Source: Planctomycetota bacterium (GTDB lineage Bacteria; Planctomycetota; Phycisphaerae; Sedimentisphaerales; Anaerohalosphaeraceae). Taken from it: a DNA stretch of 15,149 nucleotides. Below the pieces are notes generated by a model. It saw nothing but the letters and a program-made list of their open reading frames with translations, searched no databases and was not told where the DNA came from. This document shows, piece after piece, positions 1-8,149 of this stretch. Position 1 is the first letter of the stretch. Each line of letters starts with the position of its first letter. The stretch spans positions 1 to 15,149 of the forward strand of contig JBDLJN010000064.1 in NCBI GenBank assembly GCA_039714335.1, written 5' to 3'. A program made the translations under genes and the position numbers.

Positions 1-11
1 CCATCCTCCTG

Positions 12-518
12 ATGCCGCCAGAATCGTGTGAGATTGCGATCATCGCAACCGGCCCCAACCCCACGGACATTCTCAGCAAACACGGTAAATTCATTAAGAA
101 TAAAATCAGTGAGGGTATTCAACAACAACCGGATATTTCTGACTCTATACCGTATCCCAAGACGATGTTATTTGATCGTACAGTCTATGAAGTCTCGGGC
201 CCTTTGTTTGATTGGTATCAGGAAATGAGTTTCAGCAAAGCAGGGGGCGGTAGAGGAGACTTGTTTTATAGAGAACATATATGTGCTACTGCATCGGGTA
301 TTCGCTTTACATTTAAAATGTGGCTGCTTAACACGAACAAAACCAAGTTACAAATTGATATCCAGAATTACGAGGGCAAAGAAGAATTCCCAATGATCCT
401 TAAGAGTTTGGAGGAAGTACTGGATGGAATCGGGCAATCTCAGCCGGAGCCGGTTTCTCAAGAGACAGCAAAGCCCAAGCGGGCGGTCGTTCCGAAAAAA
501 TCCTGCCAAGGGGAATAA
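12..518 (+). CDS. Hypothetical protein, possibly 5'-partial
   Basis: A 168-aa ORF ends at TAA 516-518. The frame stays open back to nt 3, so the gene may start outside the window. I recognise no family motif. It is AT-rich compared with the neighbouring hflX. Confidence 0.45.
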   Translation: MPPESCEIAIIATGPNPTDILSKHGKFIKNKISEGIQQQPDISDSIPYPKTMLFDRTVYEVSGPLFDWYQEMSFSKAGGGRGDLFYREHICATASGIRFTFKMWLLNTNKTKLQIDIQNYEGKEEFPMILKSLEEVLDGIGQSQPEPVSQETAKPKRAVVPKKSCQGE

Positions 519-568
519 TAATACCTCCTGAAAACTTTAACGAAAAAGCCGCTTTGGGAGATTATTGA

Positions 569-587
569 CTCAGGCAGGATGCCTGAG
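569..587. terminator. Candidate hairpin between convergent genes
   Basis: The hairpin is CTCAGGCA-gga-TGCCTGAG, a perfect 8-bp stem with a 3-nt loop. It lies between the stop at 518 (+) and the stop at 593 (-). There is no clear U-tract on either strand. Confidence 0.25.
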
Positions 588-592
588 CTACC

Positions 593-1912
593 TTAGATCG
601 TCTCGATGTGTTTAGCGCCGAGGCGTCTTAGGTGGGCGAGTTGGTTTTTGCCGAGGGTTGCTTCGATCTGCACGGTGTTATCGACATATTCCCGTTCCAG
701 TTGGCGGCCCACGGTACGCAGGTAGCTTTGCAGTTTGCCGTCGGCATGGCTCAGCGTAATCCGCACGCGAATGCGGTCGCCGCGAACCTTTTCGGCGATC
801 ACGGCGGCCAGTTGATCCAGATTCATCCCGGTCTTGGCTGAGATGCTCAATGCACCCGGAAAGACTGTCTGGACGGACTCAAAGACGCTCTTGTCGGCGA
901 TGCAGTCGGACTTATTCAGCAGGATCAGCATGTCCTTCTGGTCGCAGTCCAGTTCCTTGAGAACGCTGTCGACACTTTTGATCTGCTCGAAGACATCGAC
1001 GCTGGACGCATCCACCACATGCAGCAGCAGGTCGGCGTTAACCGTTTCTTCCAGCGTGGCCTTGAACGAAGCGACCAGGTGGTGCGGCAATTTGCTGACG
1101 AAGCCGACGGTGTCACTGAGCAGCACCTCAACGCCGGAGTCGAGCTGCCATTTGCGGGTGCGGGTGTCCAGTGTCGCGAACAACTGGTCCTGCACGAATA
1201 CCCCCGCATCGGTCAGGGCGTTCATCAGCGTACTTTTGCCGGCGTTGGTATAGCCGACCAGCGAGATGGTATAAAAATCGCTGCGGCCGTCAATCTCGCG
1301 CATCTTGCGTTTGTCGATGGCGGCGATGTTGCGCTTCAGTTCAGTAATGCGTTTGTTGACCAGCCGCCGGTCGATCTCAAGCTGCTTTTCACCGGTGCCG
1401 CGCGTGCCGATGCCGCCGACTGCTCCGGCGCCGGTTCCGCCCGCCGCACCAGCCACGGTATCCAGGTGGCTCCACATGCGCGTCAGGCGGGGATAGGTAT
1501 ATTCGAGCTGGGCCAGTTCGACCTGCAACTTGGCCTGATGGGTCTGGGCGCGGGTGGCGAAGATATCGAGAATCAGCTCGCTGCGGTCCAGCACCTTGCA
1601 CTCGACCACCTTTTCCAGCTCGCGTATCTGAGCGGGCGAGAGGTCATTGTCGAAAATGACGACATCGGCCTCTTTTTGCTTGACCCGTCCGGCGAGCATC
1701 TCGGCCTTGCCGGAGCCGATATAGGTCGCTGCGTTAGGACGACTCATTTTCTGGATGAACCGGTCCACAATCACCGCACCGGCACTCTCGGCCAGGGCCG
1801 TCAATTCTCCTAATGCATCGTTGCTGTTGGTTTTATGCTTGCCCCGCAGGATCGCACCCACCAAAATGGCACGCTCCTGATGGACCTTTAACTGATCTCT
1901 GACTTTTTCCAA
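593..1912 (-). CDS. hflX: GTPase HflX
   Basis: The 439-aa protein has the HflX N-domain (ERAILVG...IGSGK...DLSPAQ.R.LE) and the Gly-rich linker GGIGTRGTGEKQLEIDRR. Its G-domain carries G1 GYTNAGKST, DTVGF and NKSD. The start is TTG at 1912, with an in-frame stop 9 nt upstream. Confidence 0.95.
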   Translation of the reverse strand: MEKVRDQLKVHQERAILVGAILRGKHKTNSNDALGELTALAESAGAVIVDRFIQKMSRPNAATYIGSGKAEMLAGRVKQKEADVVIFDNDLSPAQIRELEKVVECKVLDRSELILDIFATRAQTHQAKLQVELAQLEYTYPRLTRMWSHLDTVAGAAGGTGAGAVGGIGTRGTGEKQLEIDRRLVNKRITELKRNIAAIDKRKMREIDGRSDFYTISLVGYTNAGKSTLMNALTDAGVFVQDQLFATLDTRTRKWQLDSGVEVLLSDTVGFVSKLPHHLVASFKATLEETVNADLLLHVVDASSVDVFEQIKSVDSVLKELDCDQKDMLILLNKSDCIADKSVFESVQTVFPGALSISAKTGMNLDQLAAVIAEKVRGDRIRVRITLSHADGKLQSYLRTVGRQLEREYVDNTVQIEATLGKNQLAHLRRLGAKHIETI

Positions 1913-1920
1913 ATTTTTTC

Positions 1921-1952
1921 AGTTCTTAGTTCGCAGTTTTTAGTTCTTAGTT
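1921..1952. repeat. Direct repeat AGTTCTTAGTT x2, 10 nt apart, just upstream of the hflX start
   Basis: AGTTCTTAGTT occurs at 1921-1931 and again at 1942-1952, separated by cgcagttttt. TTAGTT occurs three times in the stretch. Confidence 0.6.
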
Positions 1953-1975
1953 TGGCTACGCATTTGCCATTTGTC

Positions 1976-2038
1976 ATGCCGGGCTTGACCCGGCATCCAG
2001 TCCCCAATGCACTCTAAACCCCGGATCAAGTCCGGGGT
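1976..2038. repeat. Pair of related 21-nt hairpins (REP-like palindromic element) in the hflX leader
   Basis: Hairpin A (1976-1996) is ATGCCGGG-CTTGA-CCCGGCAT. Hairpin B (2018-2038) is ACCCCGGA-TCAAG-TCCGGGGT. Both have 8-bp stems and 5-nt loops, and they are 21 nt apart. The loops are reverse complements, so the two are inverted copies sharing the core CCGG(G/A)CTTGA(C/T)CCGG. Confidence 0.7.
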
Positions 2039-2065
2039 GACAGTTTGGAGTCCTGCTTCGGCCAC

Positions 2066-2094
2066 ATTATACCGCATTTGGGCTATTTTCTCAA
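2066..2094 (-). promoter_or_regulatory. Candidate sigma70-type promoter for hflX
   Basis: The minus strand reads TTGAGA (2094-2089), a 17-nt spacer, then TATAAT (2071-2066). This predicts a leader of roughly 145 nt that contains both hairpins and the direct repeats. Confidence 0.5.
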
Positions 2095-2214
2095 GTCCCT
2101 GTGAAGAAAGCTTGTTGAATTCCGACAAGATGTGTATGATATCGGTGTTTCGATACTCTGTTCTGACCGTGGAAATCACCCGGTAAGAGACTGACTTATA
2201 AGAATCTCGCTAAA

Positions 2215-3837
2215 ATGGAGAAAAGTCGCTTGAAACAATCGATTCAGGCAAAATTTGTTCTGCTGCTGGTGAGTACGGCGCTGGTGCCGTTTGTGCTTTT
2301 TTATGCGTTTAATTTTCTTTCTTACAGGAAAGTTTCCTCCGATGTCAGGGATGAATTAAGCCGGATCTTAAACCAGAGTGCCACAACGGCTGTCACATCG
2401 ACGATATCTGATTTTGAACGCCGCCGCGATGTCGTGGAGAAATCCACGATTGACATGGCTTCGATCCGAAGTCATAGCCAGGAAATTATTCAGACATTCC
2501 GTGTTCCCGGTGTGTGGGGCCAGGCATCGGTTATCATTTTTGCTGAAATCGAAAGTGATACTGAAAAACCCTCTTTAAAAATTGCTGCTCAAAATAATCA
2601 AATGGACAACTTGATCCATAAAACCGTTTTGACAGAAGAGGACATCCCCGAACTTGCCAGCATTTTAAAGGAGAATGCAGATCCGCATGTGACCGAACGG
2701 GCCTGGGTCCGGAAGACGGTTTTCCAGGGACGCGAGGCACTGCTTGGACATGGCAGCCTGGACCGCAAGCCTTTTACGCTCTGGGTGATACTGCCCTATG
2801 AAAATGTGACGAAGCGTATTTTGACCACAGAAAAAATAATTTTTCAGGATGCGGTCGATAAAACAAAGTGGCTCATGGGGTCTGTGACCGTGTTTGTCAT
2901 CCTGGCGATTGCTGCCGGTGTTTACCGTTCGCGAAAAATTACGGGCCCGATCATCCGGTTAACATCCGCCGGCCGCAAACTCGCCGAGGGCGATTATGAC
3001 ATTCAGGTGGATATTCAGACGCATGATGAAATTCAGCAGTTGGGCAATGTCTTCAACCAGATCGGTCCGGGCTTGAAGGAACGGGCAAAGATCAAACGTT
3101 CACTGGAACTTGCCAGTCAAATCCAGCAGAACTTTCTCCCAAAAGCCAATCCGAAAGTTGACAATTTTCAAGTCGCCGGAAAATGCCGTTATTGCGATGA
3201 GACCGGAGGGGATTATTATGATTTCATTGAATTTGAGCCGCCCCTGTCCGGTAAGGTGGGGTTGGTTATCGGCGATATATCCGGACACGGGGTTGGGGCG
3301 GCGATGCTGATGGCATCGGCCGGAAGCATCCTTCGCAATAACGCTCCGCAGCACGGAGAAGATATCAATACAGCGCTGGGCGAATTGAACCACCACTTGG
3401 TGAACAACTCAGAGGACAGCAAATTTATGACGTTGTTTTACGGTCTCCTGGACGGTCCGGCCCGAAAGCTCGTCTGGACCTGTGCCGGACACGATCCGGG
3501 ATTATGGTATCAAGCCCACGCGGACACCTTCGAACAACTGGAAAATACCGGGATGCCGCTGGGGATCCTTGAGCAGGCGGATTATTCCCTTGCCGGACCC
3601 GTTCAACTGCAAAAGGACGACATTATCCTGATAGGGACCGACGGCATCTGGGAGGCCCAACAGGGGGACGGCTCAATGTATGGCAAGCAGCGACTTCGAG
3701 ATTTAATCCAAAAGCACCGGGCCGACTCGGCGGAACAAATCTGTCAGGCCGTCATCGAATCTGCCATGGAATTCTGCGGCGATGGGCCGGTCAATGATGA
3801 CATCACACTCATTGTTGTCAAGTGTGTTGGAAAATAA
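2215..3837 (+). CDS. Membrane sensor with HAMP domain and PP2C-family (SpoIIE/RsbU-type) serine phosphatase
   Basis: The 540-aa protein has two TM segments (FVLLLVSTALVPFVLFYAF and LMGSVTVFVILAIAAGVY) bracketing a ~190-aa extracytoplasmic region. A HAMP-like segment follows (PIIRLTSAGRKLAEGDYD...HDEIQQLGNVFNQ). The PP2C/SpoIIE motifs are QIQQNFLP, GGDYYDF, IGDISGHGVGAA, FMTLFYG, AGHDP, GTDGIWEA and NDDITLIVVK. Confidence 0.9.
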   Translation: MEKSRLKQSIQAKFVLLLVSTALVPFVLFYAFNFLSYRKVSSDVRDELSRILNQSATTAVTSTISDFERRRDVVEKSTIDMASIRSHSQEIIQTFRVPGVWGQASVIIFAEIESDTEKPSLKIAAQNNQMDNLIHKTVLTEEDIPELASILKENADPHVTERAWVRKTVFQGREALLGHGSLDRKPFTLWVILPYENVTKRILTTEKIIFQDAVDKTKWLMGSVTVFVILAIAAGVYRSRKITGPIIRLTSAGRKLAEGDYDIQVDIQTHDEIQQLGNVFNQIGPGLKERAKIKRSLELASQIQQNFLPKANPKVDNFQVAGKCRYCDETGGDYYDFIEFEPPLSGKVGLVIGDISGHGVGAAMLMASAGSILRNNAPQHGEDINTALGELNHHLVNNSEDSKFMTLFYGLLDGPARKLVWTCAGHDPGLWYQAHADTFEQLENTGMPLGILEQADYSLAGPVQLQKDDIILIGTDGIWEAQQGDGSMYGKQRLRDLIQKHRADSAEQICQAVIESAMEFCGDGPVNDDITLIVVKCVGK

Positions 3838-3932
3838 TGGCGCAGCAACTGGCATGAAAACATCTTTTTTGTATTGTAAAAAGATATCTTAGCCGGATTT
3901 CTTTATCCCTGAAAAATTATTGGAGTACCGTT

Positions 3933-4481
3933 ATGCATGTGCAAACGCATCTACTTTCCGGATGGTGTTTAGGCAATTTGTTTGGGTTGGGCAAACGAGG
4001 CAGATCGCTTGCTGTTCTTGCGGCGGGATTGCCTGATATCGATGGTTTAGGTATTATCTTTGGGCCGGTTGCTTACTGGCGGTATCACCATGTAATTTGT
4101 CACAATTTATTGTTTGGCATCTTTCTCTGTACAATACTGACTTTTTTCAGCGAACAGAAAAAACGGGCATTTACAGCATTTTTTGTTATCTTCCACCTGC
4201 ATCTTGTGATGGATTCGTTCGGTTCGGGTGAGGACTGGGTGATCTATTACTTGTGGCCATTTATAAAACAGCCCGTTGAAAATCCTTACGTCTGGTCATT
4301 TTTCTCATGGCAGAATATTACCACGGCGATTATATTTGTTCTTTGGATGATTGGATTGGTGTTTTACGCCAAGCGTACCTTTCTGGAGTGGGTCATGCCA
4401 AAACTGGATCGACAGATCGTGGAGTTGGCGGAAATATTGAAACGCAAATTCAGGGAAATACTAAGTACAATCAAGCAGTAA
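3933..4481 (+). CDS. Membrane-bound metal-dependent hydrolase, YdjM/DUF457-like
   Basis: The 182-aa polytopic protein has an N-terminal H.QTHLL.G motif, a PDIDG motif and conserved His residues (HH, H.H) typical of the YdjM family. GGAG lies about 9 nt upstream of the ATG. Confidence 0.6.
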   Translation: MHVQTHLLSGWCLGNLFGLGKRGRSLAVLAAGLPDIDGLGIIFGPVAYWRYHHVICHNLLFGIFLCTILTFFSEQKKRAFTAFFVIFHLHLVMDSFGSGEDWVIYYLWPFIKQPVENPYVWSFFSWQNITTAIIFVLWMIGLVFYAKRTFLEWVMPKLDRQIVELAEILKRKFREILSTIKQ

Positions 4482-4511
4482 GGTTAATTTTTGGATTTTA
4501 TATTGCGGGTA

Positions 4512-4539
4512 TTTGTGGTACGATTATCGACAGTATAAT
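4512..4539 (+). promoter_or_regulatory. Weak candidate promoter for the lipid module
   Basis: There is a perfect TATAAT at 4534-4539. The -35 is poor: TTTGTG at 4512-4517 with a 16-nt spacer. Confidence 0.25.
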
Positions 4540-4587
4540 GCTATTATGATTGTCCATTCCAGAAAATCTAATTGAAAGGAATGTTCT

Positions 4588-5247
4588 TTGAATGAAGAAA
4601 TAACAGATCGCAGGCCTCTTAAGACTCGCAGTGCCAAGTGGGCATCGATACTGGCTTTAAGGTTGGTCAAGCTGGGGGTCAAGCCGAATTTCATTTCACT
4701 GTTGAGTATTGTATTCGCGTTATTATCTGGACTCAGCTTTGGATTATCTGCTCTCTCTGACTCATGGAAGAAGAGTGTTTTCCTTATTCTTGGAGCAGCT
4801 TTTATACAATTGCGTCTTTTATGTAACATGCTTGATGGAATGGTTGCTATTGAAGGAGGTATGAAATCTAAAACCGGTGAAATTTATAACGATTTCCCAG
4901 ACCGTATTGCAGATATGGTTATTCTAATCGGATTCGGTTATGCAGCGAATGAATTAAATTTTGCCGTGGAACTTGGCTGGTTGGCTGCGATACTTTCGGT
5001 ATTAACCGCTTATGTAAGATACTTAGGCACTGCGACAGGAGCCGGAAGTTTTTTTTACGGCCCAATGGCAAAACAGCATCGCATGGCTGTGGCAACGATA
5101 ACATCGCTGCTACAGGGAATTCTCTATTTTTGGCAAGAGTCGCTATGTGTATTGTATGCAGGATTGGTTATTATTGTATTGGGATGTCTTGTGACAGTTT
5201 TGAGACGGATTGTTAAGATCGTCCGTGTTTTGGAGAGGATGCCATAG
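4588..5247 (+). CDS. CDP-alcohol phosphatidyltransferase family protein (small, YnbA-like)
   Basis: The 219-aa polytopic protein contains NMLDGMVAIEGGMKSKTGEIYNDFPDRIAD. This is a recognisable variant of the D-G-x2-A-R...G-x3-D-x3-D motif, with Ile in place of the Arg. The start is TTG, with AAAGGA 8 nt upstream. Confidence 0.8.
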   Translation: MNEEITDRRPLKTRSAKWASILALRLVKLGVKPNFISLLSIVFALLSGLSFGLSALSDSWKKSVFLILGAAFIQLRLLCNMLDGMVAIEGGMKSKTGEIYNDFPDRIADMVILIGFGYAANELNFAVELGWLAAILSVLTAYVRYLGTATGAGSFFYGPMAKQHRMAVATITSLLQGILYFWQESLCVLYAGLVIIVLGCLVTVLRRIVKIVRVLERMP

Positions 5248-5876
5248 TGGCCGGACTTATTGCGAAAATTATATTATATTTTTGTCGTTTAATTTCCGGT
5301 GTCCAAGTGGAAATAAAGGATGCAGAATTAATTAATGGCACATTAATATTTTATGGCAATCACAGCAGTCACTTGGACTCAATGGTTATTCTTTCACTTT
5401 TGCCGAAAGAGCTAAGAGAAAAAACATTTATTGTTGGCTCTAAAAAATACTGGCAAGCTAATGCGGTACGCAGGTATGTTTCAAATCGGGTGTTTAAAAC
5501 GATGCTGATTGATCGCTCAGGCGAAGGAAATGAAGCAGGAGCATTTGCAGCGATATCCAATATGTCGAATATATTGTCGGAAGGTAATTGTATTATCATT
5601 TTCCCAGAAGGTACACGTAGCTTGGATGAGGGGGTTTCTAATTTTAAGGGGGGGATATATCATCTGGCGAAAAAAAACAACGATGTTAAGCTTGTTCCAA
5701 TCTTTTTAGAGAACATGAATAGAATCATGCCAAAGGGCGAATTGATTGTTATTCCACTATTGGGACGGGCAGTGTTTGGTAATCCAATAAAGTTGACCGA
5801 AGATGAGGGCAAAGAGGAATTTTTAATCCGGGCAAGAAATGAACTTGCTGCTTTAGGGAGAAACGATCTTGGATAA
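5247..5876 (+). CDS. 1-acyl-sn-glycerol-3-phosphate (lysophospholipid) acyltransferase, PlsC family
   Basis: The 209-aa protein has the HX4D box GNHSSHLD and the FPEGTRS box. Its GTG start overlaps the upstream TAG by 1 nt (TAGTG). GGAGAGGA lies 7 nt upstream. Confidence 0.85.
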   Translation: MAGLIAKIILYFCRLISGVQVEIKDAELINGTLIFYGNHSSHLDSMVILSLLPKELREKTFIVGSKKYWQANAVRRYVSNRVFKTMLIDRSGEGNEAGAFAAISNMSNILSEGNCIIIFPEGTRSLDEGVSNFKGGIYHLAKKNNDVKLVPIFLENMNRIMPKGELIVIPLLGRAVFGNPIKLTEDEGKEEFLIRARNELAALGRNDLG

Positions 5877-6807
5877 CGAAATAAAATATTTATTCGGCGG
5901 TATTTTGTCACTTCTTACTATTGCTTCAGTGATAGGTTTTTTGTTGGCGAGAAAATATAAAGATTCGTCTGCAAAACATGTTATCGATAATCTTAACGCA
6001 CGGACAAAAGCATGGTGGCAGATGTGTGCAGTGTTTGCGGTGTCCTTATTAATTGGCAAGACTGGCTCGGTCATACTTTTTTGCATTATGAGCTTTTTGG
6101 CACTGCGGGAGTTTATAACTCTGACGCCAACAAAAAAAGGAGACCACAAGACGCTGTTCTGGCTGTTTTTTGTAATCCTGCCTTATCAATATTACCTGGT
6201 CTATACAAAGTGGTACGGAATGTTTGCCATCATGATACCCGTATATGCGTTTTTGTTGATTCCTCTCCGCAGTGCTCTGGCAGGAGATACGAATAATTTT
6301 CTTGAGCGAACAGCAAAAATTCAATGGGGTGCTGTGGTTTGTGTCTATTGCGTGAGTCATGCACCCGCATTGCTGATTCTGGATATTCCAAATTATAGCG
6401 GAGAGAATGTAAAGTTGTTGCTCTTTTTGGCTATTATTGTTCAAATGAGTGATGTGTTGCAATATGTATTTGGCAAGACACTCGGTAAACATAAGGTTGT
6501 ACCGAATGTTAGTCCCAATAAAACATGGGAGGGGTTGATTGGTGGAGTGGTCTTTGCTTCACTGATCGGCATGGGGCTTTGGTGGAGTACGCCCTTTTCT
6601 CCATTAGCAGCATTAGCGATTTCTCTGGTGATAACGATGATGGGGTTTGCCGGTGGTTTGGTAATGTCTGCGATAAAGCGAGACCGTGGAATTAAAGATT
6701 TTGGTAATATCATACAGGGCCATGGTGGAATAATGGATAGGATTGATTCGTTATGTTTTTCTGCGCCTGTATTTTTCCACATAGTCAGGTATTATTATAC
6801 AGGATAA
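5869..6807 (+). CDS. cdsA: Phosphatidate cytidylyltransferase (CDP-diglyceride synthase family; possibly a YnbB-like paralog)
   Basis: The 312-aa polytopic protein has the CdsA signature SAIKRDRGIKDFGNIIQGHGGIMDRID and SPNKTWEG. Its TTG start overlaps the upstream gene by 8 nt. AGGGAG lies 8 nt upstream. Confidence 0.88.
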   Translation: MDNEIKYLFGGILSLLTIASVIGFLLARKYKDSSAKHVIDNLNARTKAWWQMCAVFAVSLLIGKTGSVILFCIMSFLALREFITLTPTKKGDHKTLFWLFFVILPYQYYLVYTKWYGMFAIMIPVYAFLLIPLRSALAGDTNNFLERTAKIQWGAVVCVYCVSHAPALLILDIPNYSGENVKLLLFLAIIVQMSDVLQYVFGKTLGKHKVVPNVSPNKTWEGLIGGVVFASLIGMGLWWSTPFSPLAALAISLVITMMGFAGGLVMSAIKRDRGIKDFGNIIQGHGGIMDRIDSLCFSAPVFFHIVRYYYTG

Positions 6808-6841
6808 GCAATTTAATGTGTTTTTCACAAGAGAGTTGATT

Positions 6842-7375
6842 ATGAACCTATTTGATGCAATTAAAAGACGGCACAGTTATCGCGGCGATTATAATGATAT
6901 GGCGGTTCGGAAGGATGATCTGACGGCGATCGTACAGGCGGGGTTGGATGCGCCGTCGGGCAAAAATGCTCAGACCACGCGGTTTGTGATTGTTGACAAG
7001 CCGGAACTACTTTCGCAGATTACGGCAATGCATCCGGGCAACAAGGCCTTTCAGCAGGCCAAAGCCATGATCGCCTGCATCATCGACAAGAATCCCGAAG
7101 CGATCTATGAGGGCTTTGAGTTTCAGGTCGAGGACTGCGCCGCGGCGGTGGAGAATATGCTGCTGGCCATTACGGCATTGGGCTATGGGAGTGTATGGGT
7201 GGACGGTTGGCTGCGCGTGGACAACCGCAATGAGAAGATCGGTCGCCTGCTCGGCGTGCCGGAAGAAAAAATTGTCCGTATCCTGCTGCCCATCGGCGTA
7301 CCTGCAGAAGAAGTCCGCGGCCCGAAGAAGATGCCCTTTAACGAACGCGCATGGTTTAACAAGTATAGTTCGTAG
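6842..7375 (+). CDS. Nitroreductase family protein
   Basis: The N-terminus LFDAIKRRHSYRGDY, then APSGKN.Q, and the overall length all fit the nitroreductase fold. I prefer the ATG at 6842 (GAGAG 6 nt upstream) over the track's GTG at 6818. Confidence 0.8.
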   Translation: MNLFDAIKRRHSYRGDYNDMAVRKDDLTAIVQAGLDAPSGKNAQTTRFVIVDKPELLSQITAMHPGNKAFQQAKAMIACIIDKNPEAIYEGFEFQVEDCAAAVENMLLAITALGYGSVWVDGWLRVDNRNEKIGRLLGVPEEKIVRILLPIGVPAEEVRGPKKMPFNERAWFNKYSS

Positions 7376-7382
7376 TTTTCAG

Positions 7383-8000
7383 TTAGAGTGCGGTCAGGCG
7401 CCAGACCACCGCGGCCAATATTGCCAATACAAAAAGCAGCAGGAAGCACAGTTTCGTCAGTATTGGCAGAACACGATCATCGCGCCGCTGATTGCTTTGA
7501 TATGTCTGCGCATTATTGGGTTCACTAGCTTTTCGGGCTGCGGCGGAATTGGGCGCGACGCATCCAATAGTCCTGTACATGCTGCGAATAAAATACAGCA
7601 CAAACAGCGCACCCATCCAGCCGGTCAGCCAGATGAAAAAGTATCCCGCGAAAGCCCCCGCGATGCCGCCTCCGCCGCAAAGACCGAAATAGGCCCAGCG
7701 AGGAAGACGCAGCCAGAAGTCTTCCTGGGCTGCAACCTCTTTTTCAGGAGCTTCTGGAATATGCTGCTGAACCTGGGTGAGCACCTCTTCGTCGGAGATG
7801 GGACTGGAGGGGCTGGCAGCAGTGGTTTTAAGTTTCAACAGCGCGGCCTGAGTTTCGCTGTACTCAGTCTGCTCGGAATATGTTTCCCGCGCACTGTCCG
7901 ATAAATGGACTACGGTGAACACCCCGAGGCAGGCCCCCAAAAGGGCTCCCAGCAGGGCTAACGCTTGAATAAATTCTTTGTCTTCATGTCGTATCGGCAT
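7383..8000 (-). CDS. Hypothetical membrane protein (about 4 TM)
   Basis: The 205-aa ORF starts at ATG 8000, preceded by a strong SD (GAGGTG at 8010-8005). Hydrophobic segments are ALALLGALLGACLGVFTVV, YFGLCGGGGIAGAFAGYFFIWLTGWMGALFVLYFI and LCFLLLFVLAILAAVVW. I recognise no family. Its stop is only 7 nt from the nitroreductase stop. Confidence 0.6.
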   Translation of the reverse strand: MPIRHEDKEFIQALALLGALLGACLGVFTVVHLSDSARETYSEQTEYSETQAALLKLKTTAASPSSPISDEEVLTQVQQHIPEAPEKEVAAQEDFWLRLPRWAYFGLCGGGGIAGAFAGYFFIWLTGWMGALFVLYFIRSMYRTIGCVAPNSAAARKASEPNNAQTYQSNQRRDDRVLPILTKLCFLLLFVLAILAAVVWRLTAL

Positions 8001-8088
8001 AATTCACCTCGTTTTCGAAAGATTTTCCTGATAAAATATAACAAATGTTTGGCCGTTTGCGGCGATGTATGCATTTTTTTTGCGGATA

Positions 8089-8117
8089 TTGACGAAGACT
8101 CTTTAACGGATTACAAT
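8089..8117 (+). promoter_or_regulatory. Candidate sigma70-type promoter for pyk
   Basis: TTGACG (8089-8094), a 17-nt spacer, then TACAAT (8112-8117). This lies about 30 nt upstream of the AAGGGA SD and the ATG at 8150. Confidence 0.5.
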
Positions 8118-8149
8118 AGTCATAATCTACACATAAGGGATATGCTAAA

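Noticed and set aside
1019-1813. 264-aa ORF on the + strand, plus smaller ORFs at 632-841, 834-1253, 925-1209, 1305-1496 and 1389-1601
   Set aside because: All lie within or antisense to the clearly homologous hflX CDS. Their Ala/Arg/Gly-rich composition is typical of open off-frames in GC-rich DNA.
1940-2179. 79-aa ORF on the minus strand between hflX and the phosphatase gene
   Set aside because: Its C-terminal half (…VTPDLIRGLECIGDWMPGQARHD…) is just the translation of the two palindromic hairpins. A near-consensus promoter (2094-2066) sits inside it. It has a GTG start with no SD, only 35 nt from the divergent gene. I treat it as non-coding leader or repeat sequence.
3862-3890. AT-rich hairpin ATCTTTTT-tgtattgt-AAAAAGAT and palindrome AAGATATCTT after the phosphatase gene, as a possible terminator
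   Set aside because: The stem is almost entirely A:T and has no following U-tract, so it is too weak to call. It may only reflect the transition into the low-GC segment.
7107-7904. 265-aa ORF on the + strand
   Set aside because: It overlaps the 3' end of the nitroreductase in another frame and is antisense to the membrane-protein ORF. That ORF has a strong SD (GAGGTG) and coherent TM segments. The + frame product is Arg/Cys/Ala-rich with no motif.
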